DNA of 64,000 nt. Origin: a virus. Its lineage: Duplodnaviria; Heunggongvirae; Uroviricota; Caudoviricetes. Position numbers and translations under genes: made by a program. The DNA lies in the IMG/VR virus record IMGVR_UViG_2617270980_000003; one strand, 5' to 3'. Below, piece after piece: positions 1 through 7,884 of this stretch. Below the pieces are notes generated by a model. It made no database searches. It was not told the DNA's origin and saw only the letters and a list, made by a program, of their open reading frames with translations. Numbering within the stretch: position 1 is the first letter of the stretch; every line of letters begins with the position of its first letter.

Positions 1-304
1 GCACGTTTTCGGTGAACGCACTCTGGCCACACTGGAGCGTCTTCTGAGCCTGCTGTCGGCCTTTGAGGTCGTGGTATGGATGACGGATGGCTGGCCGCTG
101 TATGAATCACGCCTGAAGGGAAAGCTGCACGTTATCAGCAAGCGTTACACTCAGCGCATTGAGCGACATAATCTGAATCTGAGACAACATCTGGCAAGGC
201 TGGGACGGAAGTCGCTGTCGTTCTCAAAATCGGTGGAGCTGCATGACAAGGTCATCGGGCATTATCTGAACATAAAACACTATCAGTAAGTTGGAGTCAC
301 TACC
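1..304 (+). mobile_element. IS1 insertion sequence, partial (right end only; rest lies left of the window)
   Basis: Frame from base 2 reads [95 protein letters not shown], which matches the InsB C-terminus as recalled; IS1-type terminus ...GTTGGAGTCACTACC ends at ~304. Confidence 0.9.
2..289 (+). CDS. insB: IS1 transposase InsB, C-terminal fragment (5' end outside window)
   Basis: Open frame from window edge to TAA at 287-289; sequence identity to InsB C-terminus as recalled. Confidence 0.9.
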   Translation, partial: HVFGERTLATLERLLSLLSAFEVVVWMTDGWPLYESRLKGKLHVISKRYTQRIERHNLNLRQHLARLGRKSLSFSKSVELHDKVIGHYLNIKHYQ

Positions 305-502
305 CAGTAACTCCGGGTATGAACTGCGCAATACACCAGTCCGGTTATATACAGCCCAGACAGTTCTTTTTATTCTGGCAGCAATATCCTTAACCGGGGT
401 GGATGAATAAAGCGCAATCAGCAGCGCATCTTCTTCAGGTGTCCACGGACGGACATGAGCGGGGGCGCGACCTTTTAGTCCCATGGGTTGTAATTTCATC
501 AT
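305..502 (-). pseudogene. Mu-like early gene (HTH-like protein) truncated at its 3' end by IS1
   Basis: ORF 224..502 begins MMKLQPMGLKGRAPAHVRPWTPEEDALLIALYSSTPVKDIAARIKRTVWAVYNRTGVLRSSYPELLG and then runs into reverse-complemented IS1 terminus; native C-terminus lost. Confidence 0.5.
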
Positions 503-505
503 GCA

Positions 506-1021
506 TCACCCCCTGACTCGCTTTTCAGCAGCATAAAACTCATCAGACAGTATTTCGGTCATTTTCTGTTTTGCGGGTTTTACGCCGCACTGAAGGTAAA
601 TCACATCGTCAACGCAGAACCACTTCACAGGGCCAAACAGGATTGCCGAGAAATCAATACCCAACCAGAACAACAGCGCATCGGTTCTGGCATACGTGAC
701 GGGCGAATATTCACGCCACAGACTGTTCAGTTCATCAGAGGCAACACGCAGGGTTTTAGGGATACGTGATGTGCGCGGTGTGCAGCTCCAGCCATTCGAC
801 GCAGTCGGTTTTCGCCATAAGTCGCGATGAAAAGGATATTTGTCCTCCGTAAAACGCAGTCCCTTAAAGTAAAATCCACTGATACCGGATACAAATACCG
901 ACCGGCACGCAACATTCAGCACGGCCTCAAGGCGTTTTGCCTCATCCTTAACTTTCTGGCAGTCCTGCTGGTATTTTTGCCACGCAGCCAGCGCGGAAGG
1001 GTTTGATGTTTTAAAGAACAT
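506..1021 (-). CDS. hypothetical protein, Mu-like early region
   Basis: 171-aa ORF abutting neighbouring ORFs on the same strand; no recognised motif. Confidence 0.45.
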   Translation of the reverse strand: MFFKTSNPSALAAWQKYQQDCQKVKDEAKRLEAVLNVACRSVFVSGISGFYFKGLRFTEDKYPFHRDLWRKPTASNGWSCTPRTSRIPKTLRVASDELNSLWREYSPVTYARTDALLFWLGIDFSAILFGPVKWFCVDDVIYLQCGVKPAKQKMTEILSDEFYAAEKRVRG

Positions 1022-1554
1022 TACGCCACCTCCGCAGATATCCCGGCAGGCGCTGCTGTCCGGTCAACAATCAGGTAGCGCAGAACATGTTCAGTGATAT
1101 TCCAGCCGCTTAAACCGCAGATAATGACGCCCAGGCGTATGTCGATATACGCCATCACAAACTGGGGCACGCCTTCTTTCATGGCCTGCTCATCAACTTC
1201 AGCCACCACATAAACGGTTTCACAGGTCAGAACGCCCTGAGCAAATTCCCACGCCATCGACGGAATATCATGCCCCTCAATCCATGGCAGGGATTTTCTG
1301 AAGCCGCACCACTGAACATCATCAGCCGCAGATTCCTGGCTGCATTTGCGACGAACCGGCTGCACCGGGCGGGGGCGCGGAATATCATAAAAACCGTTAC
1401 ATTCCGTCAGCACGCCTGCATCAACCGCATCACGCAGAAAATAAACCATGGAGGATGGCGGCATATTCATTTTTTCAGCCAGTACACCGCAGGTCAGGCG
1501 GCCATAAATACACAGCCAGTTTTTAACCCCTTCAAGCACTTTTGCATCAATCAT
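1021..1554 (-). CDS. hypothetical protein, Mu-like early region
   Basis: 177-aa ORF immediately downstream of gam, same strand; no recognised motif. Confidence 0.45.
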   Translation of the reverse strand: MIDAKVLEGVKNWLCIYGRLTCGVLAEKMNMPPSSMVYFLRDAVDAGVLTECNGFYDIPRPRPVQPVRRKCSQESAADDVQWCGFRKSLPWIEGHDIPSMAWEFAQGVLTCETVYVVAEVDEQAMKEGVPQFVMAYIDIRLGVIICGLSGWNITEHVLRYLIVDRTAAPAGISAEVA

Positions 1555-1699
1555 GATTTATTTCCCCACCACATTATTAATGACGATATAAACGTATTTC
1601 ATATTTCTTAACCCTTATTTTCTGTTTTCAGGCGCAAGCAGTCCCCTGACGCGAGCGCCATAATTAAAATGAAGTGATATTTAATTGATTAATGTGGTG

Positions 1700-2230
1700 T
1701 TATTTATTCAGTCCGGCGTCCTGTTCAAAAGGCTCGACATAAAAACTTTCAGCGCCTTTATTCACCTTGATACCGGCAATGCCTTTCACAGCATCCGGCT
1801 CCGCCAGGACGGCTTCCTTGTTCACTTCCTCTTTCGTGCGGATGAAACGCTCAAGCCCCATACGGCGCAGCATTTCAATCACACCTTCCACATCACGGCT
1901 GACGCTGCATGATGGCGTTCCCAGCCGCCATGACACCGTTCCGGTGGTCAGATTGGCTGTTTTGGTTTTGCCGCCGTTCGTCAGCTCATCACGGTTGGTT
2001 TTGCACCAGTCCTGAATCCCTTTAAAAAGCACTTTGATTTGCTTTTTAAGATTTTCAATCTGCGGCGTATAACGGGCGGTGATTTCTGCCACTTCGTCAT
2101 TCATCGCCGTTTCCAGGCGCAGCGCCTCTCGCTGAATATCTCCCAGGGTGCGGATATCACGGCTGACTTCTTCCCGGGTCTGCGGTGCCGCCTCGGCTGC
2201 GGCCTTTAATTTTGTAACGCGTTTAGCCAT
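1700..2230 (-). CDS. gam: Gam-like host-nuclease inhibitor (Mu Gam / Ku-like DNA-end binding protein)
   Basis: 176 aa; MAKRVTKLKAAAEAAPQTREEV...LRLETAMNDEVAEI...CKTNRDELTNGGKTKTANLTTGTVSWR...FIRTKEEVNKEA closely parallels Mu Gam as recalled; same length class. Confidence 0.85.
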   Translation of the reverse strand: MAKRVTKLKAAAEAAPQTREEVSRDIRTLGDIQREALRLETAMNDEVAEITARYTPQIENLKKQIKVLFKGIQDWCKTNRDELTNGGKTKTANLTTGTVSWRLGTPSCSVSRDVEGVIEMLRRMGLERFIRTKEEVNKEAVLAEPDAVKGIAGIKVNKGAESFYVEPFEQDAGLNK

Positions 2231-2241
2231 TTTGTTTTTCC

Positions 2242-2562
2242 TTATTGCAGTGTGCCTGATGCTTTATGCACGCGGTGGCGTTTAATGATGGCATCCGCTC
2301 CAAAAGACTGTGCAGATGCCTGAAATTCCGCTGAGAGAAACTGAATAATTGCAGGACTGTGATACTGGAGAATACTTGCATAAACGTCACAGAGTGACGT
2401 CGGCCTGTTATCCGTATCACGTTCTGTTTTCACATCCACTCCAATCTTTTCATGCACTTCAACACAGTCATTGCCTGCCAACTTTTCGTCATGCGAAACA
2501 TGATTAAATTCAAAAATAACGCGTACTTTGCTCATGGAATTACCCCTGTTGATTAAATTCAT
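2242..2562 (-). CDS. hypothetical small protein (paralogue of 2540..2812)
   Basis: Begins MSKVRVIFEF..., similar N-terminus to adjacent ORF MSKVVRIIFEY...; tandem pair in Mu-like semi-essential early region. Confidence 0.45.
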   Translation of the reverse strand: MNLINRGNSMSKVRVIFEFNHVSHDEKLAGNDCVEVHEKIGVDVKTERDTDNRPTSLCDVYASILQYHSPAIIQFLSAEFQASAQSFGADAIIKRHRVHKASGTLQ

Positions 2563-2812
2563 TACCGTTAATAACCCCGGAAGCCATGCCTCTGTCTTTC
2601 ATGAATGCACTGGCTTTCATTGCCACAAACTCTGCGAAGTTTCTGCTTTCTGCCAGCATAACCACCCCAAAAATCATGGCGGGTCCATTATCTTTCTTCT
2701 TTATTCCGGTTGAACGTATATCCAGACTTACCCCTCTGTGCGTGCTGCCATCAGAGTTTTTGCAGATAACATCTTCCTTGTATTCGAAAATAATGCGTAC
2801 GACTTTACTCAT
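2540..2812 (-). CDS. hypothetical small protein (paralogue of 2242..2562)
   Basis: 90-aa ORF, N-terminus MSKVVRIIFEYKEDV; position between B and gam. Confidence 0.45.
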   Translation of the reverse strand: MSKVVRIIFEYKEDVICKNSDGSTHRGVSLDIRSTGIKKKDNGPAMIFGVVMLAESRNFAEFVAMKASAFMKDRGMASGVINGNEFNQQG

Positions 2813-3090
2813 CCTCTGGTCCTCGTTCTGTTTGGATAACTGACCCGGCGTCTAACCTCACGGCAGAACCGAATCATGGCATTAAAGGCTTCTTCCTCCG
2901 TCACCGCTTCCGGTATCCCCGGAACCAGTAACTGCTCCTGTTCATCACGTCCATGACGCGCCATAACCTCAATCACATGCCGTACCGTGGCAGGCTTTCC
3001 GGCAACTATCGGCAATGCACCTTCCGGCAGGACGTAACCAAACTCAATAAGACCACTCGACCACGCCCATGCAATGAGATTTTTTTTCAC
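2809..3090 (-). CDS. hypothetical protein, Mu-like early region
   Basis: 93-aa ORF, stop/start overlap with neighbours. Confidence 0.4.
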   Translation of the reverse strand: MKKNLIAWAWSSGLIEFGYVLPEGALPIVAGKPATVRHVIEVMARHGRDEQEQLLVPGIPEAVTEEEAFNAMIRFCREVRRRVSYPNRTRTRG

Positions 3091-3091
3091 C

Positions 3092-3358
3092 TCACACCTC
3101 CCAGTAAACCGTGCAGCCGCTGATGCGGGTGGCCTTCACACGGCGGCGCAGGCCGTTGGTCTGTATGGTGATTTCAATTTCACCGGTTCCCTGCACGTTG
3201 CCTACCGGCGGCGTGGTTTTCAGTGCAAAACGTTGCGGATAGCGCTTACTGCGTTCCAGTACCGCACCGGCAAGTTCGGTCAGACGGCGCGCGCTGTTCA
3301 GGGAGTCGAATAAATTCATTTTGTTACCGCAGGATTGCATATTCATATAACACCTCAT
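3092..3358 (-). CDS. hypothetical protein, Mu-like early region
   Basis: 88-aa ORF in tight array downstream of B. Confidence 0.4.
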   Translation of the reverse strand: MRCYMNMQSCGNKMNLFDSLNSARRLTELAGAVLERSKRYPQRFALKTTPPVGNVQGTGEIEITIQTNGLRRRVKATRISGCTVYWEV

Positions 3359-3586
3359 TTAGCTGACTTGTTTCGCACCAACAGAACGGCATATTCCGCT
3401 GTAAACTTCTGTCGCACCTTCGCGATCAAGTCCGGCAGATATCACCATTCGTGTGCGGTCATTAAATTCAAAAAGTAAATCGCCACATTCTTTATTTTCG
3501 GCCAGTGAAATCACCTTCACGTTATCGAAATTAACCAGGTAAAAGCGTCCGTAAATATCAGGAATATTAAATACCGCCATAATCAC
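3359..3586 (-). CDS. hypothetical protein, Mu-like early region (kil position)
   Basis: 75-aa ORF overlapping the stop of B by 4 nt; position corresponds to kil in Mu, but no sequence evidence. Confidence 0.4.
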   Translation of the reverse strand: MIMAVFNIPDIYGRFYLVNFDNVKVISLAENKECGDLLFEFNDRTRMVISAGLDREGATEVYSGICRSVGAKQVS

Positions 3587-4524
3587 ACCTGTGAGAGTAA
3601 TTCAGGGTTGGTATAAACCTCTTTAAAGGCCGCATTAATATGTTTTTCTGTCAGCGCCGCGCCTTCACCGCTGGCGGTGAGCCACGCCTGGTTAAGCGTA
3701 TGTGTCAGAACGCGTAACGCTCCCGGCTTTTCAGCGATAGCCTGCATGACGGCCAGCTCGGCCTCACCACTGATCCCCCACGCCATGGCAATGGCCAGCA
3801 CATCCGCCTTTTTGGCCTTGCGAAGTTGTTTTGTACGGGCAAGACGGCTGAACAGGCGCGATAAATCACCAAAGGCGCGGCGTCCACCTTTAAACAATCC
3901 GCGCGGGTTACCAATAAGCACCATCCCGATCCCCGTGGCGTCCTGAATTGCCCGGAGTTGCTCCAGACCGTCAATACCAAGATGATCCGCCTCATCCACA
4001 ATCACCAGTCCACGCGTTCCCATCAGGCGACGGCGGATGGCGCGGGATAATGCCCCTTTGTTCGCGCGGGTGTAATCAATCCCCAGCGCATCGGCCAGCT
4101 CCAGCAGACACTCCGTGACGCTGGAGTGCGCGGGTGACAGGGTGATCATCCAGGTGTTTGGTTGCTCCTGGCAGTAATTACGGGCAGTGGCCGTTTTACC
4201 CACACCCGGTACGCCCACAATAACGTTAATACAGCCCATCAGGCGAACCGCCTGAAACAGTGCGCGCAGCTCCTGGACTGTCTGAGTTTCCACAAACTGC
4301 GGCGGTTCCGGCAGTGCGCTTTGTTTATTCCAGTTCTCATACCAGGAGCGCAGGGAAGCAGCCACAGCAGCGTTATCGCCTTTATATTTTCCCTTACGGA
4401 AAGCCGATAATGTGCCGTCGGAAATTCCCGCCTCTCTGGCGATGGCATACTGCGTCAGTACGCCGCCATCAATAAGTTCATCAATGGTCTTGATTACATC
4501 GTTAATATCGGTCATATTATTCAC
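3583..4524 (-). CDS. Mu B-like transposition target-DNA activator (AAA+ ATPase)
   Basis: 313 aa; Walker A GVPGVGKTATARNY, Walker B LVIVDEADHL; ...LPEPPQFVETQTV... and C-terminal ...KPGALRVLTHTL... parallel Mu B as recalled. Confidence 0.9.
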   Translation of the reverse strand: MNNMTDINDVIKTIDELIDGGVLTQYAIAREAGISDGTLSAFRKGKYKGDNAAVAASLRSWYENWNKQSALPEPPQFVETQTVQELRALFQAVRLMGCINVIVGVPGVGKTATARNYCQEQPNTWMITLSPAHSSVTECLLELADALGIDYTRANKGALSRAIRRRLMGTRGLVIVDEADHLGIDGLEQLRAIQDATGIGMVLIGNPRGLFKGGRRAFGDLSRLFSRLARTKQLRKAKKADVLAIAMAWGISGEAELAVMQAIAEKPGALRVLTHTLNQAWLTASGEGAALTEKHINAAFKEVYTNPELLSQV

Positions 4525-4597
4525 CTCGCTTGAGACAGCATTCTCCGAGACTGAAACCTCAAATAACCTGAGTCACCCCTCGGGTTATTTTTTTATT

Positions 4598-6685
4598 TCA
4601 GGCCAGCGGATCACTTTCTTTTAATTTCGCTTCGAGCAGTTGCAATCCCCGCTGGAAATTACGCTCGTATTCTTCATCAGGTTCATCGTCAGCGACCGGT
4701 TGCTGAACGGTCACCGTATTACCCACAGGGCGGTATATGTTTTCCAGCCAGGGCTCCTGCGGCTTGTGCTCCAGCACGTTGACAACCTCATCCTCGGCAT
4801 CACGGATTTTTTCCTCTGCGCGTTTACGCATGCCTTTAAGGCGCTGCTGCTGTTTGTAGTATTCCGCGCTGACAGGGAAGGCTTCGCGTTTATTGCCGTC
4901 CCATACCGCCTCGCAAATCACGCTGCCATCCGGGCGGCGCACGGTAATTCGTTCGGCATCATGAATGTCATAGCTGATAAGTACCTTACGGCCATGCTCG
5001 TCACGCAGCTCGGGCGCGTAGTAAATATTATTCAGCCAGCGTATTTCACAGCGTCTTACAGGGCGCTCCACCATCGGCCGGAACATATCCCGCAGTTCAA
5101 CATCGGACAGCCATTCAATTTCCGTGTCCTCTTCCGCCAGGCGTTTTTTTCTGAACTCCGCCGGGCTGTAATGTTTACCGTTCGGCTTCATGGGTAATTC
5201 ATCGTGCGGCCGGTTGTTGTACCACTCAACACCGTCACGAATGGCATCAATCAGTTCAGACCAGGACGGTAAATCACGCATCGCTGACTGCTGCCGGGCG
5301 TTCAGCCGTTTGCCCTGTTGCAGGGCACTGAATGCCGAGCGTAAATCGCGGTTGGTTTTACGTAACGTCTCGCGATCTGCTCCTTTCCCGAAATAGGTGC
5401 GGTATTTACGGGCTATGCGCATCGGTAATGTGCGGTTAAGCCGTTCGATAATGCCCCGTCCCTGCGGATTACCGGCAATCCCTGTCGGGTGATTAATCCC
5501 CAGTCGTGGCAGTATCCCCACAATCTCCTTATCCAGGACGTCGGCGGTTTCCCCGGAGCCATTATCCGAGTAATACAGAAACGGTTTGCCATGATGGCGA
5601 ATACCGTGCTGTATGGCACCGGCTACGGCGAAAACATTTTCAGCCAGGTCAAGGCTCCAGCCCACCACAAAGCGCGTGCCACCGTCGATAACAAAGGTCA
5701 CTTCCGGTGCGAATGGCCGCCCGTGAACCGGGTGCGCGCATTTCAGCTTCATGCCGTGACCGTCACCAATCCAGACATAATTCACCGGCATTTTTGACCA
5801 GTCGCGGCGCGTGAATCCCTCAAGCTGGCGGTATTCACTGCCGGTAACCCGTCCTTTTTGTTTCACCACTTCCGGCAGTTTCTTCATTGCGCGGCGAATG
5901 GTGTCATAAGACGGCATGATATCGAGCATATAAGGCTCATCAGCGTGCCGGTGCTGCCATTCGGCAACAAAATCCTCGTAAGCCTCGGTCATTGGTCGGC
6001 CGTTTGACTGGCGATACTGCGCCAGAAATTCGGGCAACCAGTTAATATCTTCGGCTTTTATTTCCTGGCGTTTACCTGGTGCCAGCAAAAGCAGGCGTTC
6101 AGCAGCGTTCTGTGCCTTATTAAAGGCCGCAATCCAGCGTTTCAGCGTGATTTCACTCAACACGCGACTGTTTCCCTTTCTGGCGTTCGCTATCTCAACC
6201 ATTGCCACAATGCGCTCATCCAGTTGCGAGTGTGACAGGCGGTCAACGATGAACCGGATAGCTTTAGCGCAGCTGAAACCGGGTTGTTGCGTGAATTTCA
6301 GCACCTCACTGACGATCGCAATGCGTGCGTCTGCCACCTGGCGCTGGTTTTCAGTCAGGGCATTGAGGCGTTCGACCATCAGTTGTGGTGATCCGCGATA
6401 TGCCTCCACCGCATCAACCACGGCAGACGAGCGTCTGGCCTTTGTCACCACCGGAGCCGGTGATTCATCGGCTTTTTGCGTCATCAGTTGCAGGGCATAA
6501 CGTTCGCGTAATGCCTGCTGTGTCACTTCAGGTAAACAGTCAATGCTGTATTCAAAACCTTTAGCGCCTTTCTTGCGGCGTCTGCTGGTTTCGCTGGTTG
6601 CATACTTCCTGATTGAATAGCGAACGCCTTGCTCCGTTCCCGGCATCCCCGGTAATCCAACCAGTTCTTTGACTGAAGCAAACAT
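4598..6685 (-). CDS. Mu A-like DDE transposase
   Basis: 695 aa; WIGDGH motif in DDE core, ...GSVICEAVWDG... region and acidic C-terminal tail resemble MuA architecture; sits between ner and B. Confidence 0.9.
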   Translation of the reverse strand: MFASVKELVGLPGMPGTEQGVRYSIRKYATSETSRRRKKGAKGFEYSIDCLPEVTQQALRERYALQLMTQKADESPAPVVTKARRSSAVVDAVEAYRGSPQLMVERLNALTENQRQVADARIAIVSEVLKFTQQPGFSCAKAIRFIVDRLSHSQLDERIVAMVEIANARKGNSRVLSEITLKRWIAAFNKAQNAAERLLLLAPGKRQEIKAEDINWLPEFLAQYRQSNGRPMTEAYEDFVAEWQHRHADEPYMLDIMPSYDTIRRAMKKLPEVVKQKGRVTGSEYRQLEGFTRRDWSKMPVNYVWIGDGHGMKLKCAHPVHGRPFAPEVTFVIDGGTRFVVGWSLDLAENVFAVAGAIQHGIRHHGKPFLYYSDNGSGETADVLDKEIVGILPRLGINHPTGIAGNPQGRGIIERLNRTLPMRIARKYRTYFGKGADRETLRKTNRDLRSAFSALQQGKRLNARQQSAMRDLPSWSELIDAIRDGVEWYNNRPHDELPMKPNGKHYSPAEFRKKRLAEEDTEIEWLSDVELRDMFRPMVERPVRRCEIRWLNNIYYAPELRDEHGRKVLISYDIHDAERITVRRPDGSVICEAVWDGNKREAFPVSAEYYKQQQRLKGMRKRAEEKIRDAEDEVVNVLEHKPQEPWLENIYRPVGNTVTVQQPVADDEPDEEYERNFQRGLQLLEAKLKESDPLA

Positions 6686-6687
6686 AA

Positions 6688-6918
6688 TTACGCGACCTTA
6701 CGAATGTAGCGGCTGGGCCAAATCTCCTCGGGCGGCACCCCCAGGCATTCCGCGATAATCCCCTCATACTTGGGAACATGGCGGTATACCGCGTTGTACA
6801 GATTGTTCTGACCCACGCCAGCTTTACGGGCCAGCGCCCTCATGCTTCCTTCTCTGGCTCTGACTTCCCCCAAAATTCTTTGAGGATGCCAATCAGGCTT
6901 AACTTCATTTCTCGCCAT
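6688..6918 (-). CDS. ner: Ner-like DNA-binding regulator (Ner/Nlp family)
   Basis: 76 aa; ...DWHPQRILGEVRAREGSMRALARKAGVGQNNLYNAV...EIWPSRY matches the Ner/Nlp signature as recalled; immediately upstream of transposase. Confidence 0.8.
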   Translation of the reverse strand: MARNEVKPDWHPQRILGEVRAREGSMRALARKAGVGQNNLYNAVYRHVPKYEGIIAECLGVPPEEIWPSRYIRKVA

Positions 6919-6946
6919 GATTCATCTATCCTAAAAAGTTACGAAA

Positions 6947-6972
6947 TTTGATAACTAAACTTAGTTATCAAG
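6947..6972. promoter_or_regulatory. Operator-like palindrome in the divergent c/ner control region
   Basis: TTTGATAACTAAAC/TTAGTTATCAAG inverted repeat (perfect core GATAACTAA-ac-TTAGTTATC) ~30 bp upstream of ner start. Confidence 0.5.
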
Positions 6973-7102
6973 TTTGATATAAGTATTGATCCACCTCTGC
7001 TTCATGTAAAGCAAAAAAACATCTTTCTTTTGTCTATTGTGGATCAATGGTTGCTGACAACACTAAAAGTTAATAATTTCAAATTGATAGGAAGAAAAGA
7101 AA

Positions 7103-7648
7103 ATGAACAAGCAAACAACAACATCTCTTTCTTTTCCTGGTGGTAGAAAAGAAAGCATTGCTGAGCGTCTGAAAAGGCTGATTGGCTCCCGCAGCGTCAG
7201 AGCTGCAGCAAGAGATTGGGGGCTTTCATTTTCAACACTAAACAATTATCTGTCTCGTGGCACTGAGCCATCCTTAAGTGTCGCCCTTCAGATTGCGTCT
7301 ATCGAAGGAGTAAGTGTTGAGTGGCTATGTGGATTCAGTGATGCATCACAAGTGAATCGGTGTGAGATCAAGGAAAATCAAGATGAAAGCAAGAAGATAA
7401 TTATGACGATTATCAGCGCACTTGATGAAAAAGACTTAGAGCAGCTATCGAAAAATTTGGTTCTGAATGGAGCCAAGTACTTAGCTCGGTTGTTAGAGCC
7501 TGAAAATCAAGATCTAATCCGCTTAGAAGGAAGGAAAAGAATAGCTGCATTACAGCTTGAAGGTATGTCTGACGAACGCGTCAGAGAGATTTTGGAAGAA
7601 ACTGAGAGAAGTCGCAAATCTAACGCGGTAGAACCAAAAGCGGGTTAA
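7103..7648 (+). CDS. Phage repressor, HTH XRE family (c-repressor position of Mu-like phage)
   Basis: 181 aa; N-terminal HTH ...SIAERLKRLIGSRSVRAAARDWGLSFSTLNNYLSRGTEPSLSVALQIASIEGVSVEWLCGF; divergent from ner-A-B. Confidence 0.7.
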   Translation: MNKQTTTSLSFPGGRKESIAERLKRLIGSRSVRAAARDWGLSFSTLNNYLSRGTEPSLSVALQIASIEGVSVEWLCGFSDASQVNRCEIKENQDESKKIIMTIISALDEKDLEQLSKNLVLNGAKYLARLLEPENQDLIRLEGRKRIAALQLEGMSDERVREILEETERSRKSNAVEPKAG

Positions 7649-7720
7649 TAGCATTAGCCCGCATTTTGCACTATATCGAGTATTTCGCATTGTTTGGAAC
7701 GCCTTAAAAGACTAAAACCA

Positions 7721-7884
7721 CAGTATCAAATGAGTTGCCGATTTTATAATAAATGACTAATTATTGCACAATCGGTATCAAATAGACCTTATCCGCACAT
7801 CTAGCCATCACCTGTTTTATTTCAGTATCTTACAGGTGATTTCACCTCCTTTCACTAAAACCCTTGTCGGTATCAAATGATTCA
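7721..7884 (-). repeat. Mu-like prophage left terminus with three repeated putative transposase-binding sites
   Basis: Plus-strand motifs CAGTATCAAATGAG (7721), CGGTATCAAATAG (7773), CGGTATCAAATGA (7868); palindrome GGTGAAATCACC at ~7835; minus strand reads ...TGAATCATTTGATACCG starting at 7884. Confidence 0.55.

Larger units (their letters stand above)
305..7884 (-). mobile_element. Mu-like transposable prophage, left arm (truncated at 304 by IS1)
   Basis: Mu-order gene set c / ner-A-B-early ORFs-gam with c divergent from the rest; repeated end motifs at 7721-7884; abuts truncated lambdoid J. Confidence 0.8.

Noticed and set aside
4640-5197. 185-aa plus-strand ORF
   Set aside because: Antisense to the transposase A gene; shadow ORF.
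7721-7884. Possible CRISPR-like repeat array (three CGGTATCAAAT repeats)
   Set aside because: Repeats are only ~11 bp with irregular spacing and sit at a transposable-phage terminus; interpreted as transposase end-binding sites.
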